Origin: Eledone cirrhosa
Lineage: Eukaryota
DNA length: 64,000 bases
Assembly (NCBI GenBank): GCA_964016885.1
Contig: OZ024764.1
Location: 20,646,001 to 20,710,000 of the forward strand
Direction of reading: 5' to 3'
Part shown: piece after piece, positions 1 through 12,598 of the stretch
How the letters are laid out: each line of letters begins with the position of its first letter
Numbering within the stretch: position 1 is the first letter of the stretch
Made by a program: the position numbers and the translations under genes
Notes under the pieces: model-generated
Database searches by the model: none
What the model saw: the letters and a program-made list of their open reading frames with translations, nothing else
What the model was told of the DNA's origin: nothing

Positions 1-1850
1 CCCATCCAGCTGTGGGTGGGTACCAGGTTGGGATGTGTGGCTGCTGTCCACGCTGCCAGAGCATTTGCCAACTTGCCCTCCTCATCCCCCAAGGTCATCC
101 TCAAACTTGACCCCAGGAATGCCTTCAACTCCGTCAGCCGTAACATCGTCCTCGGCTCAGTAAGAGAGAGGGTCCCACAACTCTACCACTTTGCTTGGCA
201 GGCTTATCGGGAGCCCTCCTACCTCTCTTTCAGTGACCAGATCATCACCTCTGCCTCAGGAGTCCAACAGGGTGACCCACTCTGGGACCCCCCCCCCCCC
301 GCACTGGACATTGATGACGTCACCATGATGGGGGCTGAGTTGGACCTCAATGTCTGGTAGCTCGACGACGCCTGTTTCGGGGGAACTCCGGATATGGTTC
401 TCGCCACTGCCAACAGGATGGTGGAGGAGCTTGGCGCCGGGGTCTCCAGATCAATAGCTCCAAATGTGAGCTCTGGATCCTCAACCACCCGGCTTCTTAA
501 CACCAACAGCTGATCGACCTGTTCGCAGAGTCCTTCCCTTCCATCACGGTCCCTCCCCCGTCGGCTTGGTGCTCCTTAGGAGCCCCAATTACAGACCTGG
601 CCTTCGGGTCAACCATCCAATCGAAGATGGTTGGCCTTGAGCAGCTGCTGAGGAATATTGAAGATATCGAACCCCATCAAGGTTTCTTCTTACTCAGGAT
701 CTACCTGTCTATTCTTAAGCTTCTGTATCTGCTCAGGGTCAGCCCCTCTCACAGATTTCCATCCTGCCTCCAACGCTTCGACGACCTAATCTTCGAGAGA
801 CTCGAGTGTCTGGTCAATGTTAGTAAGTGTTCGTCCCTCTCTCTCCCCTGCTTCCTTTCCTCCACCCAAGCTTGCAGCATCCTCTCCTCTCCAACATGGA
901 CTAGTTCCAACAGGGAGTTGTGTGAAGCTCTCCAGCAATGGAGTGAGTTGGGCTTGTCTCTTCCTGAGAAGGTGGAGGACAGTCGAAGTCAGAGAACTTG
1001 GGACAGGATACGTTGGAATGCCACCTTCGACTCCCTCTTCGTCCTCTCAGATCAGTTTACAAGGTGCCGCTTACCATCTGCCAGCGCCAAATACTCCGGT
1101 GACTGGGTCGATGCCTTACCCGTGGCCAACGTTGGAGGCCTACTCAGCCTGGATGAACTTCGTGTCTCCATCACCCTCAGAGTGGGAGCTGACGTCTGCA
1201 TGGGTTTGAGATGTGGCTAACTCCTCAACTCCACAGGCCCCCACGGTCTTTCTTGCCGCCTGAATGCCGGCCACTTTGCCCGTCACACGGAGCTAAACTT
1301 TATTCTGAAGAGAGCTTTGGCCCGGGCAAACATCCCCTCAGTCTTGGAACCATCTGGGTTGTCCAGAAGTGACGGCAAAAGACCTGACGGCCTTACCCTG
1401 TGCCCCTGGTCGAGAGGCAGGTGTCTACTCTGGGACGTCACTGTTAGTGACTCCTTTGCTCTTTCCCACATCCTTGATGCTGCGGTAAGGACGAGAGCCA
1501 CAGCTTCGGCAGCCGAGCGGAGTAAGACCCTCAAATACTCTGATCTGTCGGCCAGCTACATTTTTCAGCCTGTGGCTTTCGAGACGTTTGGGGGAGTCGG
1601 TCCGCTGACTGCGAGGTTCCTTTCCTCACTGGCGGCTCGCCTTATAGAGGTAACTGGCGAAATTGCAAGGGCGCTTGGCTGTTCCAGCACCTCAGCCTCG
1701 CCATCACCCGATGTAACACTGCCAGTGTGCTGGCTTGCCTCAAAACTCATTAGAGAGGTTTCCCAGTACCCCTCGTTGCTGTCTTTTGCTCTGGTGTTGG
1801 CTCCGTTTTCCACCCCTTCCTTTACATTTTCTTTAATATTGCAACATTGA
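1..1850 (+). mobile_element. Dead CRE-clade non-LTR retrotransposon (RT plus restriction-like endonuclease), copy 1, cut by the window start
   Basis: RT motifs KLD.RNAFNSV, SGVQQGDP and VW*LDD (YLDD with a TAG stop at 358-360); CCHC knuckle, RH, GKRPDG..PW..G..L.WDVT and E..K..KY motifs of an RLE; frameshifts. Confidence 0.85.
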
Positions 1851-2135
1851 AGGAATTTATCTTTCATTGTATCATCCTTTATAGTGTTACCGAGGCATTT
1901 GTAATGTTATTTATATATTTAAAACATATTTCTTATGTTATTCTACTGTAAATTTATTTATATGCTCTGTTTATATTTTCATTCTGAAGGAACTTATCCA
2001 CTTGTGTTGATATAAGTGATGCTATGACTTTCCTCTAAGCATTGTGTCATTATATATGTTATTATAAACGTGAATAAATTGAATTTATAGTGTGATAATA
2101 GGCCACACCTCACAACCTAGGGGTTAACTACACAC

Positions 2136-2278
2136 TTTGAGGCAAGCCAACACACTGGCAGCATTACAACGGGTGATGGTGAGGCTAAGGTGCTGAAATA
2201 ACCAGGTACCCTCACGGGTATCACCTGACACCTCAGTAAGGTGAGGCTACGGTGCTGAAATAACCAGGTACCCTCACT
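2136..2278 (-). mobile_element. Short inverted fragment of a related CRE 3' coding end, with an internal duplication of about 38 bp
   Basis: The reverse complement of 2136-2241 aligns with 1640-1744 (cagcacct.agcctc.ccatcacccg.tgtaa..ctgccagtgtg.tggcttgcctcaaa). Confidence 0.8.
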
Positions 2279-2636
2279 GAAATGACTAGATTTGTAGAAA
2301 AAGTAGGGTGAAAGTATACAAAGAGATGTAGTTTCACAGATCTACTCACACCTCACGTTGGGTGAGAATAATTATTTTTCTTAGAATTCTTGCTATACCC
2401 CTTTTCCAGTATTTTTTCTCTGGACCCCTTAGATACTTGCGATAGACGTTTTATTTCTCAGTATTAGGGTTAGGGTTTCCGTTTTCAGGAAGAAAAGTCG
2501 ATTGCAAACATCTAAGGGTTCGAGAAATAAAATTAAGGAAAGATAATTATTTCCCAGCCAACTGGAGAAGTGTGTAGCTCTTCTTAACTCTGATAATCCT
2601 GTCTCCCACTTCTTTATCTACAAATCTAGTCGTTTC
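2279..2636. mobile_element. Foldback MITE with long imperfect inverted arms and a central (TTAGGG)2
   Basis: The termini gaaatgactagatttgtagaaaaag and ctttatctacaaatctagtcgtttc are inverted repeats; inner arms also pair; ttagggttaggg lies at 2464-2475. Confidence 0.75.
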
Positions 2637-2643
2637 CTGCTAC

Positions 2644-3275
2644 TTTGTTCCCTGGGGTATGCCTTAGTATTTGACACCATCTATCTGTCTTACTCCCTAA
2701 CTAGCAAGAAGTCAATCTGTCTCATGTGCTCACCTGATTGGTAGGTTATTAGGTGGTTGGTAGGTTTCTTGAAGTGTTGCAAATGGTTAGTTCACTTGCA
2801 TCACAAAATACAAGAAGCCTCACTCCTTCTTTGTTTCTTGAGCCATAACCATGACCACCATGTACCCCAGTGTATCCATCCTGGAGCTGTCCAACATGAC
2901 CATTGAGGTCCCCTGCTATTATAACTAGGTCTCTGTCATTGTGGTTATCTCTACTTATTCCTTTTCTACATATGGCCACTTTCCTGAAGGTGTCAGGGTC
3001 TTCTCTCCTATCCATTACCACTTTAGTTTTGGCTAAGTATATTCTCAGAACTTACCATTTCAAATTCTATATCTATAGCTGGTCATCTACATAGAGAAGT
3101 TTCCATAGACAGCCAGTCTTAAACCTCTCTGTTATGGCTTGGAGAACTATGATGAACAACAGTGGGCTAAGAACTAAACCATGATGAACTCCTACCTGTA
3201 CCTTCAATTCCTCACTAAAAACACTTTACTGACAGCTTCTAACAAGCTATTCTTCTACACCTAATTTCCTTAACC
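2644..3275 (-). mobile_element. Decayed RTE-clade LINE fragments (AP-endonuclease C-terminal part and RT pieces)
   Basis: ORF 2749-3021 contains IIAGDLNGHVG..GVHGGHGYGSRNKEG; an RT piece (VHHG.VLSPLLFII) lies near 3150-3200. Confidence 0.8.
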
Positions 3276-3481
3276 CTTTAGTATATAAACTGGCCATATC
3301 TGGCCAGAATTCTCCCACATCTTTCTGTTCAAACTGGCCGTTACTGGTCACTTATACTTATGTTAAGTTATTGTTCTCAAAATAAATAACATGAAAATCT
3401 CAGATTTGACTTTATGAGAGATAAAGCATTTACTGTGAAAATATGATAGTAAATATAGAGTAATGTGAATACTAAAGGGTT

Positions 3482-3776
3482 AATCTAATGTCACTAATAA
3501 CTACTTTTATCAGTCAGTTTAATCTAATGTCACTAATAACTACTTTTATCTGTCAGTTTAATCTAATGTCACTAATAACTACTTTTATCAGTCAGTTTAA
3601 TCTAATGTCACTAATAACTACTTTTATCAGTCAGTTTAATCTAATGTCACTAATAACTACTTTTATCAGTCAGTTTAATCTAATGTCACTAATAACTACT
3701 TTTATCAGTCAGTATAATCTACTGCCACTAATAACTACTTTTATCAGTCAGTCTAATCTAATGTCACTAATAACTA
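3482..3776. repeat. 39-bp intronic minisatellite, about 7.5 copies
   Basis: Unit aatctaatgtcactaataactacttttatcagtcagttt. Confidence 0.97.
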
Positions 3777-4113
3777 ACCTATGTTAGTCAGCACATTCTT
3801 CACCAAGGAAGGCCTTAGTATTTATTACAGTCCATTTATCAATATAGAAATATTATATGAAATTTGTACTGATGTATTACAAGTTTCTCAGTATCTTATA
3901 ATGTTCTTTTATTATTTCAGAACACCAGAGGACATTGGCATTAAAGAGCACGTTACATCAGTCTTATCCTCAACATTAACCATTTCTAATGAAAGACACT
4001 AACCATCATTTTCAAATAATTTTGAAAACACTCAACACTTTGAAGTGATTTAGTAATATAACTAAATTTCTCAGTATTAAGCTGTGAATTATGTGAGAAA
4101 CTGAGGTGATTGA

Positions 4114-5079
<966 letters not shown>

Positions 5080-5297
5080 TTGTATCAATATCAAACTCAT
5101 TACATCATACTACAACAACAACAACAACAACAACAATTGTGTAGATCCATCAACCTTGCTAAAACTGGGGTCAACCTTGTAGGTTTTACCTAGGACAGGG
5201 ATCATAAAACCACTTTTCCATTTTTGAAGCAGTGTTTGAAGATTTTGTGTAAATTAAAGTTTTTCTCTTTAAACTTTGATTTATTATACTTTAACAG

Positions 5298-6042
5298 GTA
5301 AGATATATATTTGTATTTTTAGTAAAGGTTGGGAACTTCTGTAATTTAAACCTGCCAATAAAATGAAAACTTTTGTTGTTAGTCAGACATTGATATTAAT
5401 TCTATTGTCCTGTACATTGTCTCAAATATCACAGATTTTAACAATAACGACAGAAATCAATAACTTGTAAGACTAATATCTAGCTTCCATTTTAATTATT
5501 TGATATTGTTGTTCCTCTCCTGCCTCTTCAGGTCTTTTAGATTTCAACTTCTATCTACTGTACTATTCCATCACCAAGGCAACATTCATCTGGGTGGCAG
5601 CTTACATCAACTACAGATCTCCAACCCTTCTATCTCCAGATAGTCTTGTATCTGTCAGTCCCTCTATATCTTATATTTAACAGGGAGATGTTTTACTCTC
5701 CAACCCTTCTATCTCCAGATAGTCTTGTATCTGTCAGTCCCTCTAGATCTTACACCTAGTATCTAGTCTATGTTGATTGGTACGTCTTTCTCCAGTAAAG
5801 GAGTTAATATTCCCAACCATCTGTCTATCCTGTTTTCTGATGAGAATGAAGTCAATCTAGTTTATCTCTTCACCTGATTGAAGTAACTAGATCAAGTAAC
5901 TAGATGCTTTCCTGTAAGTTAGTTTTGCAGTGTTTGTGTCACCATGTAAGGTTTATATCTATTAATATAGAGATGTAGTAAAGTTTTCACTGCTGTATCT
6001 CTATTTTCTAAATATCTTAATAATGTTTCTCTACTATTTCAG
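5298..6042 (+). other. Predicted intron downstream of the ZNF1 stop codon
   Basis: Donor AACAG|GTAAGA at 5298 and acceptor ctctactatttcag at 6042; the donor is conserved in all units (21837, 40311, 42280, 62920). Confidence 0.45.
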
Positions 6043-6430
6043 AATATCACATGACCTTGACAGAAAAGAGTCTTTTAAAGACAACAAAAAGATGTTACAT
6101 ACAAGTGATATAAACTTGTTTAGTCTGTGGTGAATTATGGTGAAATATTTCTTCTGAATTGAGATAAATAACAACATTTTCCTTTTTCGCTGTATGGAGT
6201 ATTTACAAGATGATTTTACATTCTGATTAAACTTCGGATATTTACAAAGGAGTTTTCAAAATATTTGGATATTGACAAAGATCACATTTGGTAAAATTAT
6301 GAACAATAGAAATATTTACATCAACATAGGAATATTTTCCAGAAGAGATGGGAAAATCATATACCACTAATATTTGTGGTAAAGTATTCTCTCTTCTTTA
6401 TATGTAGAACATCTAACTAAACACTTTAAC
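6043..6430 (+). pseudogene. Vestigial ZNF exon (paralog of the main coding exon, one decayed finger)
   Basis: Acceptor context and internal motifs match the 5' part of the ZNF exon; the finger relic is clearest in the unit-2 copy at 22898-22977. Confidence 0.55.
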
Positions 6431-6898
6431 TAACAAACTATTGTGCTATAGAATTGACAAACTTGAGGAATCTTTAATAAATGTTACAGATTTCTCCAAA
6501 CTGTCATTTACTAACTTTAATTTGAAGCTATATTATCTATATACTACTAAAACTCTGTGATTGTGTCTTGTCCGTAATTTAATACAGCTAAAACAGTGCA
6601 TAATGGGGAAATACTTTGAAAAGAATAAAACAAGTTTTGTATAAAATGGAGCACAGGTTCCCAAGATACGGGGTTTTCTGGGTACCTTGATAAATATAGG
6701 GAGAGAAAGAGATAGTGGTTGTGAGAGTGAGGAGACAGATGGAAGAGAGAGAGAGAGAGCTGCTGGTGTTGTTTAATAAAATGTGTGCATATATATATAT
6801 ATACATATGTGTCTATATATATATATATGTCTGTATATTTTAACTATTTGAAAATTATTTTTAAGTGAACATGATTTTAAAATAATAGTTTTAAGGGA

Positions 6899-6928
6899 AC
6901 GTGACCCAACAGGTCGCGGGTGGTCTAG
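6899..6928 (+). mobile_element. Possible Helitron 3' terminus (hairpin followed by CTAG)
   Basis: Stem-loop cgtgacc-caaca-ggtcgcg followed by ggtggtCTAG|T; copies at about 25874 and 44331. Confidence 0.35.
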
Positions 6929-7336
6929 TTTGTTACTAAATACTAGATATTAGAGGGTTATGTTGTTCTAGATGTGCTGGAAGAGCTATTCCATCTTGTG
7001 AGGTTCACACCAGTAGCTAGCCACCTCAGCACCTATGGTGGTATATTTATTATATTATTTATTCTTTATCATTAACATTAATATAAAAGATAATTATATA
7101 TTTTTAGGGAAGAACCTCTAATTTCATATAGCTTAGGGCTTCAGTAGGTAAAAGTCTGCCCCTGCTTGTCTTGTATTTTTTAGGGGAGAAGTTAGGGAAT
7201 ACTGTTATTGTGTGAAAGTTTTCTAAATCTTCTTCAGCCACTAACATGGAGAAGATATTTCAGTAAAAAGGTTCACATCCTGACATCTATAGCTGTTAAC
7301 AATGAGATTGGAATTCATTATTAAACAAATGTTATA

Positions 7337-8080
7337 TCATCATCACTGTTTTACATCTGTTTTTTCATGCTGGCATGGGTTAGACGAGTTATCCTGTTGT
7401 AAGCAATGCCAGGTCAGGTGACCACGTGTTGCTCCTACAGAACAAATTTTAGATTGGTTTCTACAGCTGGATGCCCTTCCTAGCACCAACCTTATTTACA
7501 TTGAGTACTGGGTGCATTTTACCATCTTACCATCACGACCACTTTACAGTGTGCGCTGGGTGCTTTTTGTTGTGACACCTACATGACCACTTTATAGTGT
7601 GGACTGGGTACTTTTTGTTGTGACACCAACATGACCATTTTAAAGTTTTGGCTGGGTACTTTTTGTTATCACCTACATGACCACTTTACAGTGTGGGCTG
7701 GGTGCTTTTTGCTGTGACACCTATGCAACCGCTTTATAGTGTGGGCTGGTTTCTTTTTGTCATATCACCTACATGACCACCTTATAATGTTGGCTGTGTG
7801 TTCTTTGCAGTGTGGGCTGGTTTCTTTTTGTCATATCACCTACATGACCACCTTATAATGTTGGCTGTGTGTTCTTTGCGGTGTGGGCTGGTTTCTTTTT
7901 GTCATATCACCTACATGACCACCTTATAATGTTGACTGTGTGTTCTTTGCAGTGTGGGTTGGGTGCTTTTTGTCATATCTCCTACATGACCACCTTATAA
8001 TGTTGACTGTGTGTTCTTTACAGTGTGGGTTGGGTGCTTTTTGTCATATCTCCTACCCAACCACTTTGCAGTGTGGGCAG
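7337..8080 (-). mobile_element. RTE 3' UTR/tail with expanded 48-bp and 71-bp internal tandem repeats
   Basis: A (CAT)n tail, ctacagctggatgcccttcct and the repeat match the reverse complement of the RTE 3' UTR at 24950-25145 and 25540-25793. Confidence 0.75.
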
Positions 8081-8084
8081 TGAA

Positions 8085-8625
8085 ATATCAGTAATGCACC
8101 AGCTCCAATATTCAGTAATCAGAAGAAGGGAGGTAGGCATAAAAGCCAAACTTGCTGTCTTCAAATCGGTTTTTGTGCCAACCCTTACCTATGGTCACAT
8201 ATCTTGGGTAATGATCAAAAGAATATGATTGGGAATACAAATGGCAGATATGGGATTCCTCTGAAGGGTCTTTGAAGGAACTTTTCTCAATAAAGTGCAT
8301 AGCTCTGAGATCAGAGAGTCACTCCAGGTGGAGCTGTTACTTCTCCGAATTGAGAGATCACAGCTGCAATACTATGGCCATGTGGTTAGAATGTCTGAGG
8401 AAAGAATCACTGGATAGATTTTACAGGCAAAACTAACCGGCAGGAGACCCAGGGGTAGACCTGAGCAAGATGGTCACATAACATCCATGAGCTTGGCTGG
8501 TCTCTCTGGGAGATCCAGCCAGATCAGTTGGAGTGGGTTGCTTCTGACAGGACCTGTTGGAGGTAGTGTTTGAGGACTCTGCCCCCAAGACCCTCTCAGG
8601 AATGACTGGATTAATAAGAAGAGGT
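8085..8625 (+). mobile_element. Decayed RTE-like LINE C-terminal fragment
   Basis: KAKLAVFKSVFVPTLTYGH.SW, QL.YYGHV.RM and GRRPRGRP motifs with stops. Confidence 0.7.
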
Positions 8626-8999
8626 TGAGGTTACATCATCAACATCAGATTTCCCTGCTAGCAAGGGTTTAATGAGTCTACTTCAACCAAGTAAGTACTG
8701 AAGTGAGGCTACTGATCTCCCAGATGGACCAAGGATCTGAGACTTATTTACATAAGGTCTCATTTGCTACTGAGTGCACAGAAAAGGTTGTCATGTCTTT
8801 CTCATGATTGAAGGGTTCTCCGACACTATTGTCGGGCAAGCTTTCTATGGCTAGATGTCCTTCACATGACCAACCACATTACAGCCTGTGTTGGGTGTGT
8901 TTATCATGTAGGTGAGACGTAACAAACTGAGGGTTCTCCAAGGTCCACATAGGTCACATGTGTTGTCTGAGGGTTGCACACTACAACTAATTATGTACA

Positions 9000-10838
9000 C
9001 GACAACTAATTAGTCATTTAATAAAATATATTGCAGAAAGATTTGTTACTTAAATTTAGAAACATACAATGTACATACAAATGTTTTAGCAGCATTCATG
9101 AATACAAAGTAATGAAGTAGTTTGACAAAAAACTAAAATTTCACATGTCAACATATACTTGCAGATTGTAACAGCAACAAATACATTGTACACAAATAAC
9201 AACAGTTGAAAACTGAACATTTATTTGCTACTATTCAACCATTTTTAGTGTTTTGTCCTGAGGCTTGACACTTCTTTCTGTTGACAATGTTTGGTATGTC
9301 TGGCTGAAATGTCTGTACAGTTCCAACTTTAATCAGAAATGACAAGTGTTGATCAGTCAGCCTTGTTCTCTGAGAAGTTTTTGTTAATTTCATGAAGGAA
9401 AATAACTGTCCACTCACATAGGTAGAACCAAACATTGCCATAATCTTTGTGACAAACTTTCTGAAGTTAATACACTTTTTAGGAAGGTATGAAAAGAAAC
9501 CAGGTATCCCCATTACAAGATACTATGTTCTGAGTGTAGAATCTGACTGCATTTCCAATAGTTCCATCTGCAGGCATTCTTCTGCCTTCATCAAAGGTGA
9601 ATGGTGCTGAGAATAATGTAATCTGATGTTCAAAAAATGAGAAATCACAAAATCTTTCTTGAAATTTCTTTAACAACAATTCCAGGTGACTGTCATACTT
9701 AGCTAAGCTAAATACAGACTCAGTATTGGCAGTGTTTTTCAGCTCTTTGCACATAGGGAAATGAACTAAATTTTCATCTGACAACGGAGATTTCCATAAG
9801 CTTAGTTTTCTAATGAAGCACTTGATGTCATCATTCAACTGATTGATGGGTTTGTTTTAACCTTGTAATTTCAAATTAAGATCAGTTAATTGTGCAGTAA
9901 TATCCACAGCAAAAATCAGGTGTTGGAGCCAACTTTCATCTTTTATTTCATCTGTGTTTTAACCTTTTATCTCCAAAAACACAATTATTTCTTGTCTCAA
10001 CAAATAGCATCTTTTCAGCACTTTGTGACATGTCAGCCAGCAGACTTCTGTGTAGAATTGAACATCGGTGAACTGATTATCCAAAATTTCTAATAGAAAC
10101 ATGTTCAAACCTTGATGATACAGCCTTTAACTGTTATTTCAGATCACCTGACATTTCATTAATCTGTTGAGCAACAGTGTTCCTGGTTAATGAAATGTCT
10201 TTGAATAACTCTGCTTTCTCTGGACAATTTCAGCTGTTTTTACAAAATCTCCTTCACTGTAAGATTTCCCACTCATGGCAATCATTCGACTGAGTTCATA
10301 GCTTGCAGTAACAGAAGTGACATCCTCTTCCTGAATTAACATAAAACAGGTCTGTTGCTGTGTCAAGTTAGACTTCAATTCCTTGAGTCTTGAAACACAC
10401 ATTGGGCCTTCATATTTATCGTAAGATTGATGGTTTGTTTCATAATGTCTTTTTAAATTGTACTCTTTTGGCATGGAGATGTAGTTGTTACAAATTAAAC
10501 AGTGTATTTTTCTGTTCACCATTGGGCAAAAATACTGTAATTCCCACTTTTCTTGAAACACTTGCCCTTCTTCGTTCAATTTCCTTTTTCTCTTAGCTGG
10601 AGGAGCACTAACCATTTCAAAAACAAAATCTTTTGAAATTTTGAAAGAAAGTTTTCTGTTAATGAGCTGCACGTGATTAATGGAAGTTAAAAGTAGTTGA
10701 CAAAAATTGCACAAAAAAAATAATTGTATCGAAAAATTTTTAAATTTTATATTACGAAAATGAAACATGCTCGCACTGTAAAAACCTTTGTGTGGGCCGC
10801 AGGTTTGCTTGCAAAGGGCCGCATGTTTGACATGTCTG
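9000..10838 (-). mobile_element. Decayed hAT (Buster/SPIN, GTF2IRD2-like) DNA transposon, copy 1
   Basis: N-terminus KRK...FQEKWELQYF..CLIC..KEYNLKRHYETNH; dimerisation motif MFGSTY...LFS.MK..K...RTRLTDQHL; 5' end CAGACATGTCAAACATGCGGCCC at 10838; internal deletions; left boundary uncertain. Confidence 0.85.
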
Positions 10839-10989
10839 ATGTAGGTTACCAACACTAGGGAGGGCAGCATGTCCATCAGTGTCTTCTTCTACATTAACTA
10901 CCAGGAGGTCACCACATGAGACAAAGACCAAAGACTACATTTCAAAGAAGGGTCATAAAAGAACTAAATCCAAAAGTCCTCGCAGCAAA

Positions 10990-11395
10990 AAACAATTAAT
11001 TGAGCTTTGGGTCTAGGTCAAGGGGCAGAAGTGCTGTACCCTGTGGATAAGACTGCTAAAGTATTTGCCCCGGACAGTGACACCCACTGCAATAGCCACC
11101 CCAACCCCATGGGACTCCCTCTTCAGAAGGGCCACCAACGTTCTGATCTTACAGAGGAGCTTGGCAGTACAGGGTCCAAGTACTTCTGAGCTCTCGATGG
11201 TGACCGGTGTGAAGAGACCTACAATTGATGTCATCCCAGTTATGTTGGACTGTAATATACTGGGGTATAGTGAGGCCTTAACCTGTCACAGCCGAGCCAC
11301 CCAGGGTTGTGTCATCTAGGTACCAGACAGGGGTGACTAGACCATGTTGTCAACTGTCAACACCAATAGGAGTGAGGCGAGTGGGTCCCCTTGCT
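10990..11395 (-). mobile_element. Diverged CRE-like RLE C-terminal fragment
   Basis: FTPVTIESSEVLGP.TAKLL..I followed, after a frameshift, by WLLQWVSL resembles FQPVAFETFGGVGP.TARFL..L..WLFQHLSL of the long CRE. Confidence 0.55.
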
Positions 11396-11646
11396 AGACA
11401 CCATATATAAAACGTATTTGCTAATTACTTTAATGAATAATTTGTTTCATACGTAATTATTACTTTTAACACAATAGGATTTTGTACACGTGTTTGTTTG
11501 AAAACATCTTTCAAAGAAGTATGAGACAGTCTTTTGTAGTGTTTATTATAATAAATTATTGTATGTTGAGCTGTTTTAACTTCTCCACCTTCTATTATTT
11601 TATATTGTTTTTGTGAAAAAACGAGATCTTTTTCATATATATATAT

Positions 11647-11858
11647 GAAGGCGTGTGGCTGAGTGGTTAGAGAATTGGATTCGGAATTGTGAGGTTGTGA
11701 GTTCGATTCTCAGACTGGGCGATGCGTTATGTCCTTGAGCAAGACAGTTTATTTCACGTTGCTCCTTCTACCTGGAGTTGCGACCGATAGATAGTATTAG
11801 CAATTGCAAAGACCAATGGAAACATTGTTTCCTCGGTCCGATTTGACGAAAAGTCGAT
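11647..11858 (+). mobile_element. tRNA-derived SINE
   Basis: A box TGGCTGAGTGG, B box GTTCGATTC, then a tgtccttgagcaagac core; sits between (TA)n tracts. Confidence 0.75.
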
Positions 11859-12189
11859 CATAAAAAATATATATATAGAGAGAGAACAACACACAAACAT
11901 ACACTACTGTATTACATATGTAAGGGGAGACAACTCTCGTTACATCCACCCTTCTTTTTGATATACGTACTTTAAATACTTAGTTCAATGGAACCTGCTT
12001 TATTTTGTCCTAAGTAGATTTCTGTTTAAGTATTTACGAGATTCACAATGATTCACGTAGAGACCCCAGTTAGTGATGTTTTCGTCTCCCTCCCACATCC
12101 TACATGCTGTAGTAAAAGTGAGGGTCACTGTTTCTGTAGACGAACGAAATAAAAGTTAAACTACCAGTAATTATCGACAAAGTATTTAT

Positions 12190-12375
12190 TCCAGTCTGTG
12201 ATGTTTGAGAAGCTGGGCTGCTGATAAAGAAGTTGTGGTCACTGTTGGCGGCTGGCTTTACCGAAGTACCCGATGACTCTTGTGAGGGTACTTAGCTGTT
12301 CTGGCAACTTAGCCCCCATATGACCCGATCTTACCGAGATACCCGGTGATCTCTGTAAGAGTACTTAGCTGTCCT
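12190..12375 (+). mobile_element. Short decayed CRE RLE-end fragment with an internal duplication, just upstream of the promoter
   Basis: ccagtctgtgatgtttgag...ctttaccgaagtacccgatgactcttgtgagggtacttagctgttc resembles 1565-1700 and the reverse complement of 2136-2241; copies at about 31152-31335 and 50700-50885. Confidence 0.55.
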
Positions 12376-12452
12376 ATTTTAATTACATTTACTGTTTTCA
12401 ACTTTATTTTTTTTATTACAAACTTTACATAATTTAATTCCGTAAAAATATT

Positions 12453-12598
12453 TTTACGTCACAAAAAAACTTGACCTTTGACATTGAAGCATGCGCAGTG
12501 GTGCAGTTGTCGACTTCCTGTCCACGTGTTAGTCTTCCTACAACAACATTTAGACAACATTTCTGTAAATACTAAACACCTGAGACTATAATGTAAGT
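12453..12598 (+). promoter_or_regulatory. Putative core promoter and non-coding exon 1 of ZNF2
   Basis: Dense motif cluster in AT-rich DNA: TTACGTCA (ATF/CREB-like), TGACCTtTGACAT (DR1-like), GCATGCGCA (NRF1-like), ACTTCCTG (ETS), CACGTG, TTAGTC (Inr-like), then donor GTAAGT at 12593. Confidence 0.6.

Noticed and set aside
2464-2475. Interstitial telomere
   Set aside because: Only two units, embedded in a MITE loop.
9235-10620. Domesticated GTF2IRD2/ZBED-like host gene
   Set aside because: Internal deletions, frameshifts and a retained transposon terminus indicate a decayed hAT element.
11647-11720. tRNA gene
   Set aside because: A and B boxes are present, but there is no convincing cloverleaf and a SINE body follows.
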